From Squalus acanthias (lineage: Eukaryota), in NCBI GenBank assembly GCA_030390025.1, contig CM059432.1:42844001-42908000 (forward strand): a DNA stretch of 64,000 nucleotides, given 5' to 3'. Positions within the stretch are counted from its first letter, which is position 1. The number at the start of each line of letters is the position of its first letter. The notes below the pieces were generated by a model. It was not told the origin of the DNA, did no database searches, and saw only the letters and a program-made list of their open reading frames with translations. The position numbers and the translations under genes were made by a program. Of the stretch, positions 61,612 through 64,000 are shown in pieces.

Positions 61612-63289
61612 AATTATATTATGCAAACCAGTTCTCATTTTATTTCGTATTTGTACAGCTTTTGAAAAACAGTGAATGGTAACCATGATTTGGGATTTTT
61701 AAAACTTTTCTAAAAGTTGGGAACCCAAATTGACAGAAATAAATCCTTAATAATCTAGACTGTTAAAGAAATGTGTGTTTTTGTGCTTCTTCGTAAGATA
61801 CTGTGTAAAATTACTATGAGAATCCAAGAATTCACCAGTTGAAATAAAAATGCAGATATAGAAGCTGAAAGTGTGCACCTAGTCTTCTAATTGAAGACTT
61901 CACAATTCTACTCCTGACAATAAGAATCTATAACTGTGGTCATGGTAAGATAACAGCACAACAGCATAGAGAAATTACAGATAAGTTATCTGTGCAAGTC
62001 GATTGCCGAATCCTGCTTTCCTTCTGCGTGACTTTGATGTTCCACAGAAAAGGGTGCAGCATGTTCTGTTACAATGGCCAGATTCATTTTGTGCATCATT
62101 TCTTATGTGATAGGAAGATGGCATTTTGATTCTAATGCTAGTGAAGTGAACTTAATTACCCAGATGAAAATTCCCAAGCGTGATGATACTGCCTAGTTCT
62201 TTTGCTTGTATGAGCGCATATGTTAGTAAAATAAATGACTTTCTGTTAAACCAAATAAATTAGAGAAAATTGTTGGTTCATCGCAATGTTTGATCCTACT
62301 GCAGGGACAATAGAAATCAATTTAGAACAAATTCAGTATCTAGCAGGTTAAAGGAGCAAGATAACTTTATATCAGGTTGTTACTGAAAAATTGTTACTAG
62401 TATAATTCTACTACTAACAATCTGATATAAAAAATGATTTTCTAAACAACTGTGCTCTGTGAAGTCCTTCAGGACTCCTCTTTTCCAAATATGGATGGGC
62501 TGAGGACATAGCCTCTATGTATTCATAGAATAGTATTCCTGCCCACCTTCACATTCAACCTAGGCAGCACAAGGTACATGGACTGACGAGCTGTTATACA
62601 CACCACTTTACCTAACCATGACACTATGCAGGATAAACTGGGTTCATATCATGCTGGTATAATTATTCATAAATATACTGAATGCAAAAAAAACTTTCTG
62701 ATGTTATGAAGACAAGTGAACCTTCAAAAGATTGCTGAAAACCCTGGAGTATCAGCATAAATGCTTGTTTACTCTGCACGATTGGGAGAGCCCCTGTGGA
62801 AATTAATGGCATCTGTATCACCCCAGGTTAACCATTTGAGCTGGTGAATGCAAGTGATAGGGTTCATGATGGAGTGGGCCAATTTCTGCTGGCAGTGCCA
62901 GATGTTGAAGGTTCTGACATTAGTTCCTTCTCTATCTGCAGCATCTTTCTAGCTTTTTGCTTCTGTGGAGATAAGAAGAATGACATTCCTGATGTCTACT
63001 TTTTCTTTCCTGTCAGGCTCATGCAAGGATATCTGTGATGTATGAGCCTCAAAAAAAAGAAACCTATTTCTGATCATTGGAACTTATTAAGCACAAACCA
63101 TCTGTGAGTGCAGGTTCTCCCACATCTCCATCCCCTACAGTATTGGCTGACTGAGTTCCCAGCATTTGCACTGCCTTCTCCTCCCACTGTCCCTCATCAT
63201 AGACTATTTAATCTGACAACTGTGTGAGAATTCCCATCACTCTTATGGAATTCTCACAGAAATGGTGTGGCTTCAAAGGGCATGCATGC

Positions 63290-63740
63290 TGCAGAACACA
63301 ACAACACTCAAGAAGCTCAATGCTATCAAGGACAAACAGTTTTCTTGATTGGCACTTCACTCACTAGCCTAAACATCCACCTCCTTCACCACCGGCATAC
63401 TGGAGCTGCAATGTGAACATTCTACAGGATGCAACTTGTCAAGGCTTCTTTGGCTGCACCTCCCAATCCTGCAACCTCCCCCACCACCCTGGAGGACAAG
63501 GACAACACATGCATGAGAACACCGTCACCTCCAAGTTCCCCTCCATGTCACACACCATCCTGACTTGGACATATATCGCCATTCCTTCATTATCGCTGGG
63601 TCAAAATCCTGGAACTCTCTACCTAATAGCATTGTGGGAGCATCTTTACCACACAGACTGCAGTGGTTCAACAAGAAGGCCCACCACCGGCTTCTCAAGG
63701 GTAACTAGGGATGGGTGTTAAATACCGACCTTGCAAGCTA
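63290..63740 (+). mobile_element. Decayed Zenon-like LINE 3' fragment
   Basis: Colinear with 39440-39870. Confidence 0.8.
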
Positions 63741-64000
63741 AGTATGAAAAGAAAATTGCCTCGGGGTCCTATCTGAGCCATGGGACCCGATTAGCATATT
63801 TTAATGAGCTGTCCACCTGAGTCAGGCAGTCGCTTCAACCGTTAAATCACCGTGGGGCGGTATTGGAGCGGGAGAAAGAGTCGCTCAGTTTCCACCAGGC
63901 TGAGGGTATTCAAATCTCTCCTGAGGTGCCGGAGATGTTCAATTTCTTAGTACTTGCATGTTTTACCTTAATGAGCACAAAATTCATCACAAAGCAAATT

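Overview
Repeat-dense, apparently non-genic (intronic or intergenic) vertebrate DNA. The repeat set points to a cartilaginous fish, probably a shark: CR1/HER-type LINEs with octamer tails, Penelope-like elements, L2, and Deu-type and V/HE1-type SINEs. That assignment rests on recalled family features, not a search. No host protein-coding exon can be supported. Contents: many 5'-truncated CR1 copies; L2 and CR1-group (Zenon-like) LINE fragments; Penelope-like GIY-YIG retroelements whose ends carry minimal hammerhead-ribozyme motifs; a full-length but pseudogenised two-gene PIF/Harbinger transposon (50384-54613: DDE transposase plus a convergent three-exon Myb/SANT gene with a heptad repeat and an AT-hook); several decayed Harbingers; and over a dozen Harbinger-type MITEs with 3-bp A/T target duplications, often deeply nested. 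Most interesting unexplained signals: (1) a recurrent MITE module with a consensus 5' splice site beside a covarying GGAG-loop hairpin; (2) an internal TGACAG palindrome with compensatory changes in a second MITE family; (3) a CCAAT-CRE-TATA-like promoter cassette kept across Harbinger derivatives; (4) a tRNA-headed, RT-deleted LINE that appears to be a single insertion; (5) a 208-bp foldback of two opposed hammerhead-bearing Penelope ends.
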